Assembly (NCBI GenBank): GCA_963662405.2
Contig: CAXXKT010000001.1
Location: 1,280,001-1,344,000, forward strand
Direction of reading: 5' to 3'
DNA length: 64,000 bases
Source: Syntrophales bacterium
Lineage (GTDB): Bacteria > Desulfobacterota > Syntrophia > Syntrophales > UBA2210
The notes below the pieces were generated by a model that saw only the letters and a program-made list of their open reading frames with translations, was not told the origin of the DNA and made no database searches. Of the stretch, positions 9,941-19,178 are shown in pieces (within the stretch, counting starts at the first letter, position 1; each line of letters opens with the position of its first letter). The position numbers and the translations under genes are program-made.

Positions 9941-11245
9941 ATGGCGAACATACTCTACAACGCCCTCCTTTCCGTGGCGGCCCTCTTTATCATCCCCTTT
10001 TTCCTGGTGAAGATTGTCTTCACGGGGAAATATCGCGCGAGCATCGGTGCAAAATTCGGCATATACCCGCCACGGATCTTTGCTCAGATGCACGGGACAC
10101 CGCGGATATGGCTCCACGCCGTATCGGTGGGGGAGGTGACCGCCGCCGCACCCATCATTTCCTCTCTGAGGGAGCGGTATCCGGGGGCCTGTCTCATCCT
10201 CTCCACGGGGACGGAGACGGGGCAGGAGATGGCCCGTCGGATCGTCACGGATGCCACCATATCGATCTATTTTCCCCTCGACATTCCCTCGGTCATCAGG
10301 AAGGTGCTCACCGCCGTGAATCCCGACATCTTTGTGGCGGTCGAGACGGAGATCTGGCCCAATTTCATCCGTGCCTGCAAGGCGCGTGGCATCCCGGTGG
10401 TGATGGTGAACGGGAGGATCTCCCCCCGTTCCTTCAAACGGTACCGCCTGACCCGATTCTTCTGGAAACGGGTGATGAACACGATCGATGCGATGGGGGT
10501 CATATCCGAACTCGATGCCTCCCGGTTGAAGGCCCTGGGGGTGGAGTCGGCGAAGATTCGTGTCAGGGGGAACGCCAAATACGACGGCCTCGCCGCACGG
10601 GCGGATGATGCCATAAAAAAGGAGATAGGAGCACGACTGGATATCGGACCCGGCACGCCGGTTTTTGTGGCGGGGAGTACGCATGAAGGGGAAGAGGCCG
10701 TCGTCATGGAGGTCTATCAGGGGCTCCGAGAGCGATACCCCGAGATGCTCATGGTCATAGTCCCGCGACATCCCGAGAGGAGTGACTCCGTTATGTCTCT
10801 TTTCCACGATGCGGGTTTTCATGACTGTGTGACCATGTCACGGATACGCGTGGGGGAGCGGCGTTGTGGGCGGCGAGTAGTGATCATTGATGTGATCGGG
10901 GAACTCTTTAAGATCTACAGCCTTGCCACGGTGGTCTTCTGCGGCGGGAGCCTCGTTCCCCGGGGGGGACAGAATATACTGGAGCCCGCCGCGTGGGGGA
11001 CGGTCGTTCTCTATGGTCCCTCGATGGAGGATTTTACCGACGAGCGGGAGCGATTGGAAATGGTGGGCGGGGGGATCACCGTCAGCGACGGTAACCGGCT
11101 CATGGACGAGATCCTCCGCCTGATGGAAGACCCGGATGCCCGCCGCAGGAGGGGGGAGGCGGGACGCACCGTCGTTGCCTCAAACAGGGGTGCCGCGCAG
11201 CGGTATGCCGATCTGATATCTGAAGTACTCGAATCGCAGGCCTGA
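9941..11245 (+). CDS. waaA: 3-deoxy-D-manno-octulosonic acid (Kdo) transferase
   Basis: WLHAVSVGE, ETEIWPN, GSTHEGEE, VPRHPER, GGSL..GGQNILEPA; start placed at ATG 9941. Confidence 0.95.
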   Translation: MANILYNALLSVAALFIIPFFLVKIVFTGKYRASIGAKFGIYPPRIFAQMHGTPRIWLHAVSVGEVTAAAPIISSLRERYPGACLILSTGTETGQEMARRIVTDATISIYFPLDIPSVIRKVLTAVNPDIFVAVETEIWPNFIRACKARGIPVVMVNGRISPRSFKRYRLTRFFWKRVMNTIDAMGVISELDASRLKALGVESAKIRVRGNAKYDGLAARADDAIKKEIGARLDIGPGTPVFVAGSTHEGEEAVVMEVYQGLRERYPEMLMVIVPRHPERSDSVMSLFHDAGFHDCVTMSRIRVGERRCGRRVVIIDVIGELFKIYSLATVVFCGGSLVPRGGQNILEPAAWGTVVLYGPSMEDFTDERERLEMVGGGITVSDGNRLMDEILRLMEDPDARRRRGEAGRTVVASNRGAAQRYADLISEVLESQA

Positions 11246-11252
11246 CGGGGCA

Positions 11253-12153
11253 CTATCCTTCCGCCCGTTTCAGACACTCCTCCCACCGGTGATTGACCGA
11301 CGCCTGGAGCGTGCCGAGCTGCTCGATGCTCATCTTCTTGAATCTGCTCTGTCGCTCCACGTAATTGACGAGGGGGAGGAGCTTCCCCCGCTCGGCCATC
11401 GTCTTGCTCCTCCCGGTGAAACGGAAGCGGCCATCCTCGATCTCGAAGAGGATAAAAAGCCCCGTCTCCACGGCGAGCTTCCCGATTCGGACCGTATCCT
11501 TTGTGGGATACCCCCACCCGGGGGGGCAGGGTGTGTCGATCTGGATGTACCGGGTTCCCCGTATCTTCTTGGCCTTGACGAACTTGTCGTACAGGTCGAC
11601 CGGGTAGGCGGGGGAGACGGTCGCCAGGTAAGGGATATGGTGCGCCTCCATGATCTTCAGGAAATCCTTCTTGGGGTCCTGCTTCGTCAGGACGGGGGTT
11701 GTCGTGGTAAGGGGCGCCCAGGGGGGTTGCGCCGGAGCGCTGCGTCCCCGTGTTCATGTAGGCCTCGTTGTCGTAGCAGGCGAAGATAAAGTCGGTGTTT
11801 CGCTCGGCCGCACCGCTCAGAGACTGGATCCCGATGTCATAGGTGCCGCCGTCTCCGGAAAGGGCCAGGACGGTGATGTCGGTCTTGTTAAGGGCCCGCA
11901 GGCCGGCCACCATCCCGGCGGCGGATGCCGCGTTCCCGGCGAAGGTGGTATTGAGGGCGGGGACGATGGTCGAGGTAGTGGGGTACAGCCCGTGCAGAAC
12001 ACAGAGGCAGCTCGGGGGGATTCCCACGATCGTGTTTTCGCGCAGTGCTTTGAGGATGTAGCGGTAGGCCAGAGAAAGACCGCACCCCTGACAGGCGCGA
12101 TTTCCCGGGAGGATGTATTCCTTCTCGTTGATCTTGAAGATGGTTTCGTGCAT
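11253..12153 (-). CDS. porB: 2-oxoacid:ferredoxin oxidoreductase beta subunit (TPP-binding), split by a +1 frameshift
   Basis: ACQGCG, GDGGTYDIG...YDNEAYMNTGTQRS; one extra base in the G run at 11711-11714; corrected frame continues GALTTTTP...KKDFLKIMEAHHIPY...PCPPGW. Confidence 0.88.
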
Positions 12154-12157
12154 TATC

Positions 12158-13366
12158 TTATCCTGTGTGGCAATTAAGCCATATCGTTTTGTTGTCCCTG
12201 TCGCCCGCTTCGACCGATGCATAGGCCGCCCGCGCCGCCCCCACCAGTTCGCGGGTCTTGACATCCCGACCCCCCAGCCCCGAGATATGGTCATGGATAG
12301 GGGCCGTGATATCCGTACCGTAGAAGGCGGCCTTCAGGTCGGACGCGATCCCCCCCTCGTACCCGTAACTGATGCACTTTTCGAAGATCGCGATGGCGCG
12401 GGCCTTGGCGAAGGCCCGCCGGACCTCTTTCTTCGGGAACGGTCGGTAGACCCTGATCCCGACGACCCCCGCCTTGATCCCCCCGGCGCGGAGCACGTCC
12501 GCGGCCAAGGTCGCCTCGGTGGCGATTGAGCCCATCCCGGTCAGGATCAGCTCGGCGTCGTCCGTGAGGTATTCCCAGAGCATCCCCCCGTGATCACGCC
12601 CCGTCAGTTTCGCCCAGTCATCGCTTGCCGCGGTGATGGTCTTCGGAGATCTCTCAAAGGCATCCTGCATCTTGTAGCGCATCTCCATATACCCGTCACA
12701 GAGGATCCCCTCCGCGTTTTCCCGGCGCGAGGCAAAGAAGACGGGATTGATCGTCACCGGCTTCTCCGGGGAGAGGGTGGTCTGCGGTACGTAGGGAGGG
12801 AGGTATGTCTTAACCGTCTCTTCCTTCGGGATATCCACCGGCATCATCGTGTGAGAGAGGACGAAGCCGTCGTAACAGACCATCACCGGGAGGTAGACCT
12901 CTTCGGCAATCCGGTACGCCTGGAGAACCGTGTCGAGGATCTCCTGGTTGTCCCGGCAGTAGATCTGTATCCACCCCGTGTCCCGTTGCGAGAAAGAGTC
13001 CTGCTGGTCGTTGAAGATGGACCAAGGAGCCCCGACGCCCCGGTTGACGCAGCACATGACGACCGGGAGGCGGGATCCCGCCGCCCAGTGCAGCTGCTCG
13101 TGCATATAAAGGAGCCCATTGGAACTGGTCGCCGTGAAGACACGGGCCCCTACCGTGGATGCCGAGATGCAGACGGTCAGAGAGGAGTGCTCCGACTCCA
13201 CCCGGACATATTCCGCCTTCAGTTCCCCCTTCTCGACGTATTCGGACAGGACCTCGGCCAGTTTGGTTTGTGGTGTGATGGGGTAGGCCGCGATGACGCC
13301 GGGCCGGGCCAATTTTACCGCCAGGGCCGCCGCCTCGTTCCCCATGATGATGCGGACGTCACTCAT
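12158..13366 (-). CDS. porA: 2-oxoacid:ferredoxin oxidoreductase alpha subunit
   Basis: GNEAAA, AYPITPQT, ESEHS, TATSSNGL, DGFVLSH, GLGGRD. Confidence 0.93.
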   Translation of the reverse strand: MSDVRIIMGNEAAALAVKLARPGVIAAYPITPQTKLAEVLSEYVEKGELKAEYVRVESEHSSLTVCISASTVGARVFTATSSNGLLYMHEQLHWAAGSRLPVVMCCVNRGVGAPWSIFNDQQDSFSQRDTGWIQIYCRDNQEILDTVLQAYRIAEEVYLPVMVCYDGFVLSHTMMPVDIPKEETVKTYLPPYVPQTTLSPEKPVTINPVFFASRRENAEGILCDGYMEMRYKMQDAFERSPKTITAASDDWAKLTGRDHGGMLWEYLTDDAELILTGMGSIATEATLAADVLRAGGIKAGVVGIRVYRPFPKKEVRRAFAKARAIAIFEKCISYGYEGGIASDLKAAFYGTDITAPIHDHISGLGGRDVKTRELVGAARAAYASVEAGDRDNKTIWLNCHTG

Positions 13367-13652
13367 CGATATCCACCTCCCGTACCATCTGTATCGCGTT
13401 GGGGGGGCATTCCTCCGCGCAGATCCCGCATCCCTTGCAGTAGTCCATGTCGATGACCACCGGAATCGTCATGGTGACCACCCCTTCCGGGCAGTAGAGC
13501 CAGCAGAGAAAACAGGCCGCTTTTCCCTTGATCTCGGGGATACATTTGGTCGGATCGATCACGGGACGCAGGTCCCGCCACTCTCCCGTTCTCCCCGCTT
13601 CGCCGGGGGCCGGCGTGCAGACCCCCGATATGTTGGTGTCAATCTTTTCCAT
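13359..13652 (-). CDS. porD: 2-oxoacid:ferredoxin oxidoreductase delta subunit (2x[4Fe-4S])
   Basis: TGEWR, CFLCWLYCPE, YCKGCGICAEECP. Confidence 0.92.
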   Translation of the reverse strand: MEKIDTNISGVCTPAPGEAGRTGEWRDLRPVIDPTKCIPEIKGKAACFLCWLYCPEGVVTMTIPVVIDMDYCKGCGICAEECPPNAIQMVREVDIDE

Positions 13653-14220
13653 TACCCTCCCAGACCTCGGTTCTGTCAAAGGCCGTTTTGATGGCCTGAA
13701 AATTAAAGGCCGCTTTATTTCGCGGCATCTTTTGCTTGATCCCCTCTTCGATGCTATCGAGGGAAACCAGCCCCGATGCCCGGCAGAAGGCCCCGAGGAG
13801 CGGCGTGTTCACGATCGGGGTCCCGCCCATGCTGAGGTGATGTTCCCACGCAATCCGCGCTGCATCGACCGTCGCAACGGAGAAGCACTCCCGGACCCCG
13901 AGCTGTTCCGGATTCAGGGGGGTGTTGATGATAACGATTCCGTTTTTCCTGAGCAGCTCCTCACCGGTCGCCGCCGCAAGGAGGGACGGGTCCAGAACGA
14001 CGGCGATGTCGGCCGGTGCGACCTGTGAGAAGGTCCTGACCGGCTCGTCCGCAATTCGTGTCGAAGCGGTCAGGGGCGCACCCCTGCGCTCCGGGCCGAA
14101 GGTGGGAGCAGAGGTGACACCCCGGAAGCCATGAATATAGGCCGCCTCGGCCAGTATCTGGGCCGCCAGGACCACGCCTTGGCCACCCCTTCCGTGCCAT
14201 AGTATCTCGTGCATTGCCAT
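13639..14220 (-). CDS. porC: 2-oxoacid:ferredoxin oxidoreductase gamma subunit
   Basis: HGRGGQG, FGPERRGAP, NTPLLGAF. Confidence 0.93.
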   Translation of the reverse strand: MAMHEILWHGRGGQGVVLAAQILAEAAYIHGFRGVTSAPTFGPERRGAPLTASTRIADEPVRTFSQVAPADIAVVLDPSLLAAATGEELLRKNGIVIINTPLNPEQLGVRECFSVATVDAARIAWEHHLSMGGTPIVNTPLLGAFCRASGLVSLDSIEEGIKQKMPRNKAAFNFQAIKTAFDRTEVWEGNGKD

Positions 14221-14233
14221 TGGATTTCCTCAC

Positions 14234-14268
14234 AAAAAAGGCCATGAAGCATTCGCCCATGGCCTTTT
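14234..14268 (-). terminator. attenuator terminator upstream of the oxidoreductase operon
   Basis: Minus strand AAAAGGCCATG-GGCGAATGCTT-CATGGCCTTTTTT, ending 13 nt before the porC ATG. Confidence 0.85.
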
Positions 14269-14288
14269 GAACTCTCTCTGCTGTTGCG

Positions 14289-14393
14289 TTACACTCCAGT
14301 GACGACAGGCCGCGGGCGGATTATGAGCCCGCTAAGGACGAGGCCGAGCAAGAACAGTAGATTCAGCAGCACTGCGTACAACCACCCTGTCAT
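14289..14393 (-). CDS. leader peptide (34 aa) of a putative Leu/Val/Ile attenuator: MTGWLYAVLLNLLFLLGLVLSGLIIRPRPVVTGV
   Basis: AAGGA SD, ATG at 14393, TAA at 14289-14291; 10 Leu, 5 Val, 2 Ile; followed by antiterminator and terminator. Confidence 0.8.
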   Translation of the reverse strand: MTGWLYAVLLNLLFLLGLVLSGLIIRPRPVVTGV

Positions 14394-14504
14394 CGGAGAT
14401 ATTCCTTTCAAGAAGTGCTACCCCTCCTACACCGGGTGCGTCGAAAAGTCAACGGAAAATGTACGGGTTCCGCTGTCGCATGGAAAATACCGGGCGGGGA
14501 AGGG

Positions 14505-16142
14505 TCATTCGGTAGCCAGATGCCGCATCTCCGCCTCCAGCTTTGCGAGGAGGGGAGGGAAGGTGCGGGGGTTGAGCGCCGACAGCGGAATAGCATCGAA
14601 GCGACGGCAGACGTTATCCAGGATTGCCTCACCGTCGGAGAAGAGATCGATCTTGTTGAAGACGCGCAGATACCGTTTCCCCTGCAGATCAAGTTCCTCG
14701 AGGATCCGGTCCACGGCGTGGATCTGTTGCTCAAAAGAGGGGTTGCTCACATCGATGACGTGGAGGAGGAGATCGGCTTCCTCCAGTTCCTCCAGGGTTG
14801 CGCGGAAGGCGGCGGCAAGCTCTTTCGGGAGATTCCGGATGAATCCCACCGTGTCCGTGATGATCGCCTCCCGATCCCGGGGAAAGCGGAGTCGCGAACT
14901 CTTCGGGTCGAGGGTGGCGAAGAGGAGATCCTCGGTCAGAACACGGCTCTGGGTCAGGGCGTTGAGGAGGGTCGACTTTCCCGTATTGGTATAGCCGACA
15001 ATGGAGATGACGGGGAGCCCCTGTTTGCGCCTGAGTCGACGTCGCTGACCCCTCCCCTTCCGGACATTTTTCAGTTCTTTCTTGAGACGTCCGATTCGTT
15101 CACGGACCCGACGACGGTTGATCTCAAGCTTTGTCTCCCCCGGTCCGGTTCCCCCGATTCCCCCGGTGAGACGGGACATGGCCGTGTTTTTGGTTGCGAG
15201 GCGCGGGAGGAGGTATTGAAGCTGGGCGAGTTCGACCTGGATCTTTCCCTCACGGCTGTGGGCGCGGCGGGCGAAGATATCCAGTATCAACTGGGAGCGG
15301 TCGATCACCTTCAGATCGGTAAAATCGGTGATGGAACGGATCTGGGCGGGGGAGAGCTCGTGGTCGAAGATCAAAAGTCCTGCCCCGATCTGGAGCGCCC
15401 GTATGACGACGTCGGAGAGCCTTCCCCTCCCCATCAGGTACCGGGGGTCGTAGTCATGCCGGTGCTGAACGACGGTGTCGAGAACCTCCACGCCGGATGA
15501 ACGTGCCAGTTCGCGCAGTTCTCCCAGTGAAGCCTTGCTATCGAACAGGGGATCAACGGCAACCCGTATCAGGATGGCCCCTTCGCTCGTACCCACCTTC
15601 CGCGTCCGTCCGCTCCGTGCGAACTCTTCCTCCAGGGCCTGGATGAATTCACTGAAATTCAGATCCACCGTGAAGACGGGGGTCGGGTCCATCAGGAGCC
15701 AGTAAGTACCCCCGGGATTTTCGGGGATGAGATGCGCCGAGTGAATCCTGCCGGGGAGTCCGTCCTGGTCGACCTCGATTGCCGAGACCATATCGAGTCG
15801 CAGGAGGGCAAGATCGGTGAGGTCGTCCTCGGTCAATTCCTCACCGCCGAGGTGGGTGTGGATGAGGCGCAGCCCCTTGAGGCGTGTTGAGGCTGACCGA
15901 ATTCCATCGAGAGCGGGGATAACGATCTGCCGGTGGTCACCGATGATGACCCGTGCGATCTCTCCCCGGCGGCTGACCAGGATGCCGATCTGTCGGTTCA
16001 CCCGGCGAGACAGCGCCGCGATCTCCCGTGCCATCTCGGTCGTCACGATCCTTTCGGGGGGCACCCTTCTGCGATAGAGACGCTGTATGTCCTTCATGTC
16101 CGATGGCTTGATGCCGTCGGTGTTTCCCTGGATTTTTTCTAT
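14505..16142 (-). CDS. hflX: GTPase HflX (long form)
   Basis: LIHTH N-terminal domain, LILDIFARRA, GPGETKLE, GYTNTGKST, FATLD, DTVGFI, NKID; start placed at ATA 16142 (see findings), alternative ATG 16244. Confidence 0.93.
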   Translation of the reverse strand: MEKIQGNTDGIKPSDMKDIQRLYRRRVPPERIVTTEMAREIAALSRRVNRQIGILVSRRGEIARVIIGDHRQIVIPALDGIRSASTRLKGLRLIHTHLGGEELTEDDLTDLALLRLDMVSAIEVDQDGLPGRIHSAHLIPENPGGTYWLLMDPTPVFTVDLNFSEFIQALEEEFARSGRTRKVGTSEGAILIRVAVDPLFDSKASLGELRELARSSGVEVLDTVVQHRHDYDPRYLMGRGRLSDVVIRALQIGAGLLIFDHELSPAQIRSITDFTDLKVIDRSQLILDIFARRAHSREGKIQVELAQLQYLLPRLATKNTAMSRLTGGIGGTGPGETKLEINRRRVRERIGRLKKELKNVRKGRGQRRRLRRKQGLPVISIVGYTNTGKSTLLNALTQSRVLTEDLLFATLDPKSSRLRFPRDREAIITDTVGFIRNLPKELAAAFRATLEELEEADLLLHVIDVSNPSFEQQIHAVDRILEELDLQGKRYLRVFNKIDLFSDGEAILDNVCRRFDAIPLSALNPRTFPPLLAKLEAEMRHLATE

Positions 16143-16275
16143 GACTGCCTCCTCCCCGCAGCACCTTGTATCATAAAACGGAGCGAGAAGACATACGTTA
16201 CCCGGTAAAGAGCCCCGGGAAGGGGTCCCCCGGGGCTCTGCCATTTTTATTCGTGCGTCGTAGATACACTCGCCC

Positions 16276-17571
16276 TTAGAAGCTCAAAGTCAACTTGTGC
16301 ATGACGAGGTAATCGCTGGCGACTTCTGCGGTTTTGTTAGGGCCTTTGTACCAGTCGCCGGGCCAGAAGTGACCGAAGCCGACCACGTATTCGAGATTGT
16401 CGAAGAGCCGGTATGTCGCGGTGATATCGAGTTCTTCCCCGATATCACGATCGACGGCATTCCCCTGTTCATCGACCCTGGCGTATGTCAGGGACACGAA
16501 GAGGTCGAGCCTCGGCATCGGTGTGATCCCGGCGTAGATCTGATACAACCAGGCGTTGGCCATCGTATCGCCGGTGGTATTGCCGCCGAGGCCCTCACCG
16601 AGGTCATGGCCGGACCATTTTACCAGTTCATCGTTCCAGAGGATCAGGCAGGGGCTGTAGTCCGAACCGGTAAAACCGCCTTCATGCCGGTCGTCTGTGT
16701 TGGGATCGTCTCCCTGGACAAAGGCGATCTGGCCGCCGATATACGCGTTCCCCCTGGTGTACTTCGCGTTGATGTAGGCGGACCAGGAGTCGAGATCGAT
16801 ATCCTCGGCAAGGGGGAAGAGATCCTTGATCCACTGGTCCAACTCCATATAGTTTCCAAAGGAGTAGATCGCCTCCGCTTCGACAGAGAGATTGCCGGCC
16901 CGATACTTGACGTAGGGGAGGAAAGAACAGAGGGACGTGTCGAAGATGGGCTTCATGTCGGCGTAGTCGAAATACCAGACGAGAAGACCGGCCTCTCCCC
17001 CCGCGAAGGGTTTGACGACGTACAGCTGGTATTCGTCCATATCGAGGTCCGTATAGGCTGTTCCCCGGTCACCCTCGTAGTACTTCGCGATGCTGGCGCC
17101 GACGATCCATCCCCTGATCTCGTTTTGCCAGGCGATGAGGGCACCGTCGTATTCTTCATCGCCGAAGGCCGTTCCCCAGAGCCCGTCCTGCTGATAGCCG
17201 ATCCGGAATCGTCCGTACTTCGTGGATGCATCGAGATAGGCACGATCGAAATCGATATTGTCATCGTCCCTTCCCGTATCATATTCACGGGGTCCCCCGG
17301 GGGTGTCCCAGTATCCCTCCAGGGCGTCGAAACGGGTGATCAGTTTGAGGGACGGGCTGATAGTAAATTCCGTCCGGACCCGGAGGCGGGTGTTGTACCA
17401 CGCGCTGGAGGAGCCGTTTGCACCGGCCTCCTCTTTCATCAGGTCACCGTTGTCATCGTACCAGCCTGCGACATAGAAACTGCCGCTGACGCTCAGGTCT
17501 GTCGCCATGGCAGAGGGGGCGAGTGCCGCCATCAGACTCAGTACGACAAATACCCCCAGATATTTTTTCAT
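16276..17571 (-). CDS. outer-membrane porin-like protein (paralog 2)
   Basis: Signal peptide MKKYLG...AMA, aromatic amphipathic beta strands, C-terminal LTLSF. Confidence 0.75.
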   Translation of the reverse strand: MKKYLGVFVVLSLMAALAPSAMATDLSVSGSFYVAGWYDDNGDLMKEEAGANGSSSAWYNTRLRVRTEFTISPSLKLITRFDALEGYWDTPGGPREYDTGRDDDNIDFDRAYLDASTKYGRFRIGYQQDGLWGTAFGDEEYDGALIAWQNEIRGWIVGASIAKYYEGDRGTAYTDLDMDEYQLYVVKPFAGGEAGLLVWYFDYADMKPIFDTSLCSFLPYVKYRAGNLSVEAEAIYSFGNYMELDQWIKDLFPLAEDIDLDSWSAYINAKYTRGNAYIGGQIAFVQGDDPNTDDRHEGGFTGSDYSPCLILWNDELVKWSGHDLGEGLGGNTTGDTMANAWLYQIYAGITPMPRLDLFVSLTYARVDEQGNAVDRDIGEELDITATYRLFDNLEYVVGFGHFWPGDWYKGPNKTAEVASDYLVMHKLTLSF

Positions 17572-17621
17572 TATCTCTTCCTCCTGTCGTATCGGTGGTT
17601 GCAAACTGTCCGTGCCTCGTT

Positions 17622-17658
17622 AAAAAAAGGCCCCGGAGGATGATTCCCCCGAGGCCCG
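17622..17658 (-). terminator. intrinsic terminator between the porin paralogs
   Basis: Minus strand GGGCCTCGGGGG-AATCAT-CCTCCGGGGCC followed by T7. Confidence 0.7.
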
Positions 17659-17703
17659 TTTTGTGTTTATCGGTGTATCAGGAATACACACCCGGTACCG
17701 ATA

Positions 17704-18975
17704 CTAGAAGCTCAGCGTCAGCTTGTGCATCACGACGTAGTCGTTCTCGACCTCGTCGGCCTTGGTGGCCTTGTAGTAATCACCGGCCATGAAGTACCCG
17801 AAGCCGACCATGTACTCGAGGTTGTCGAAGACCTTGTAGGTCGCCGTGATATCGATCTCGGAACCGATCTCGTCGTCTTGCAGCCCCCGGTCCTCATCCG
17901 CCGTGGCGTAGGTGTAGGAGGCGAAGAGATCGAGCCCCTTCATGGGGGCAAATCCTGCATAGATCTGATACAGCCAGGCATTGGCCATCGTATCGCCCGT
18001 GGTGGGACCATGGCCGAGATTCTGCCCCGACCACTTCACCTGATCGTCGTTCCAGAGGATCAGGCAGGGGTTGTAGTCGGAACCCGACAGACCCGTTTCG
18101 TCCTCGTCTTTGGTGTTGGGATCGTCACCCTGCACCCAGGCGATCTGACCGCCCACATAGGCATTCCCGAGGAAGAACTTGGCGTTGACGTACGCGGAAA
18201 GAGCTTTTCTGTCGACATCATCCATGGCAATGCCGTCATCCCATTCCCGGCTTGTTCCCCAGACGTAATCCAACTCCGCCTCGACGTAGACGTTTCCGAA
18301 CTTCGCCTTCACGTAGGGCTCGAGGAGATAGCAGTTATAGTCAAAGCCCGCGGTCTTCCAGCCGGCATAGTCGAGATAGACGAAGAGGAGACCCGCCATG
18401 CCGCCCTTGAAGGGTTTCACGACGTACAGCATGGGCTTGTCATTGTCGGCATCGGTCAGGTCGGTTCCCTGATCGTTTTCCGCGGCCTTCTCGAGGATGG
18501 CACCGAGGATCCAGCCGCCGATCATCTTCGACCACTGCATACGGGGGACATCGTCTTCGGTATCGCAGAAGACCGTACCCCAAGCACCACCGGACTTGTG
18601 GCCGATCTGGAAGGTACCGTACTTGGAGTTGAACACCATGTAGGCACGGTCGAAGTCGATGTTGTCGTCATCCCTGCCCGCGGCATATTCCGCCGGTCCA
18701 CCCGGGCTGTTCCAGTAGCCTTCCAGGGCGTCGAAACGGGTGATCAGCTGGATGGCCGGATTGACCTGGAATACGGTCTGGACACGGAGGCGGGTGTTGT
18801 ACCACGCGCTCGAAGAACCTTGCGCACCGGCCTCTTCTTCCAGGAGATCGCCATTGTCATCATAATAACCCGCAACATAGAAACTACCGCTGACACTCAC
18901 GTCCGTCGCAACGGCGGGCATGGCAAATGCCAATACCAAACTCAGTGCGAGCAGTCCAAGAAACAACTTCTTCAT
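17704..18975 (-). CDS. outer-membrane porin-like protein (paralog 1)
   Basis: Signal peptide MKKLFLG...AVA, strong SD, beta-strand pattern, C-terminal LTLSF; homologous along its length to the next gene. Confidence 0.75.
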   Translation of the reverse strand: MKKLFLGLLALSLVLAFAMPAVATDVSVSGSFYVAGYYDDNGDLLEEEAGAQGSSSAWYNTRLRVQTVFQVNPAIQLITRFDALEGYWNSPGGPAEYAAGRDDDNIDFDRAYMVFNSKYGTFQIGHKSGGAWGTVFCDTEDDVPRMQWSKMIGGWILGAILEKAAENDQGTDLTDADNDKPMLYVVKPFKGGMAGLLFVYLDYAGWKTAGFDYNCYLLEPYVKAKFGNVYVEAELDYVWGTSREWDDGIAMDDVDRKALSAYVNAKFFLGNAYVGGQIAWVQGDDPNTKDEDETGLSGSDYNPCLILWNDDQVKWSGQNLGHGPTTGDTMANAWLYQIYAGFAPMKGLDLFASYTYATADEDRGLQDDEIGSEIDITATYKVFDNLEYMVGFGYFMAGDYYKATKADEVENDYVVMHKLTLSF

Positions 18976-19178
18976 ATCTTTTCCTCCTGTTGTATTATAA
19001 TCTTAAACCCTTATGTTTGTATCTGTAACTCCCTTTTCGATTTCCTGCTTTCCGCGATCACCCCCCTTCCAATGCTTTCGGGGTGCACCACACCCCATAT
19101 ATATAACGAAACTTTTCTTCACCTAGCACTATGGTTGCTCAACTGTCAAGATATTTTTTAGCTATTTCCTAAGTAATT

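Noticed and set aside
16297..19161. Long + strand ORFs (448 and 478 aa) antisense to the porin genes
   Set aside because: In-register shadow ORFs expected from codon bias in GC-rich genes; no recognisable motifs
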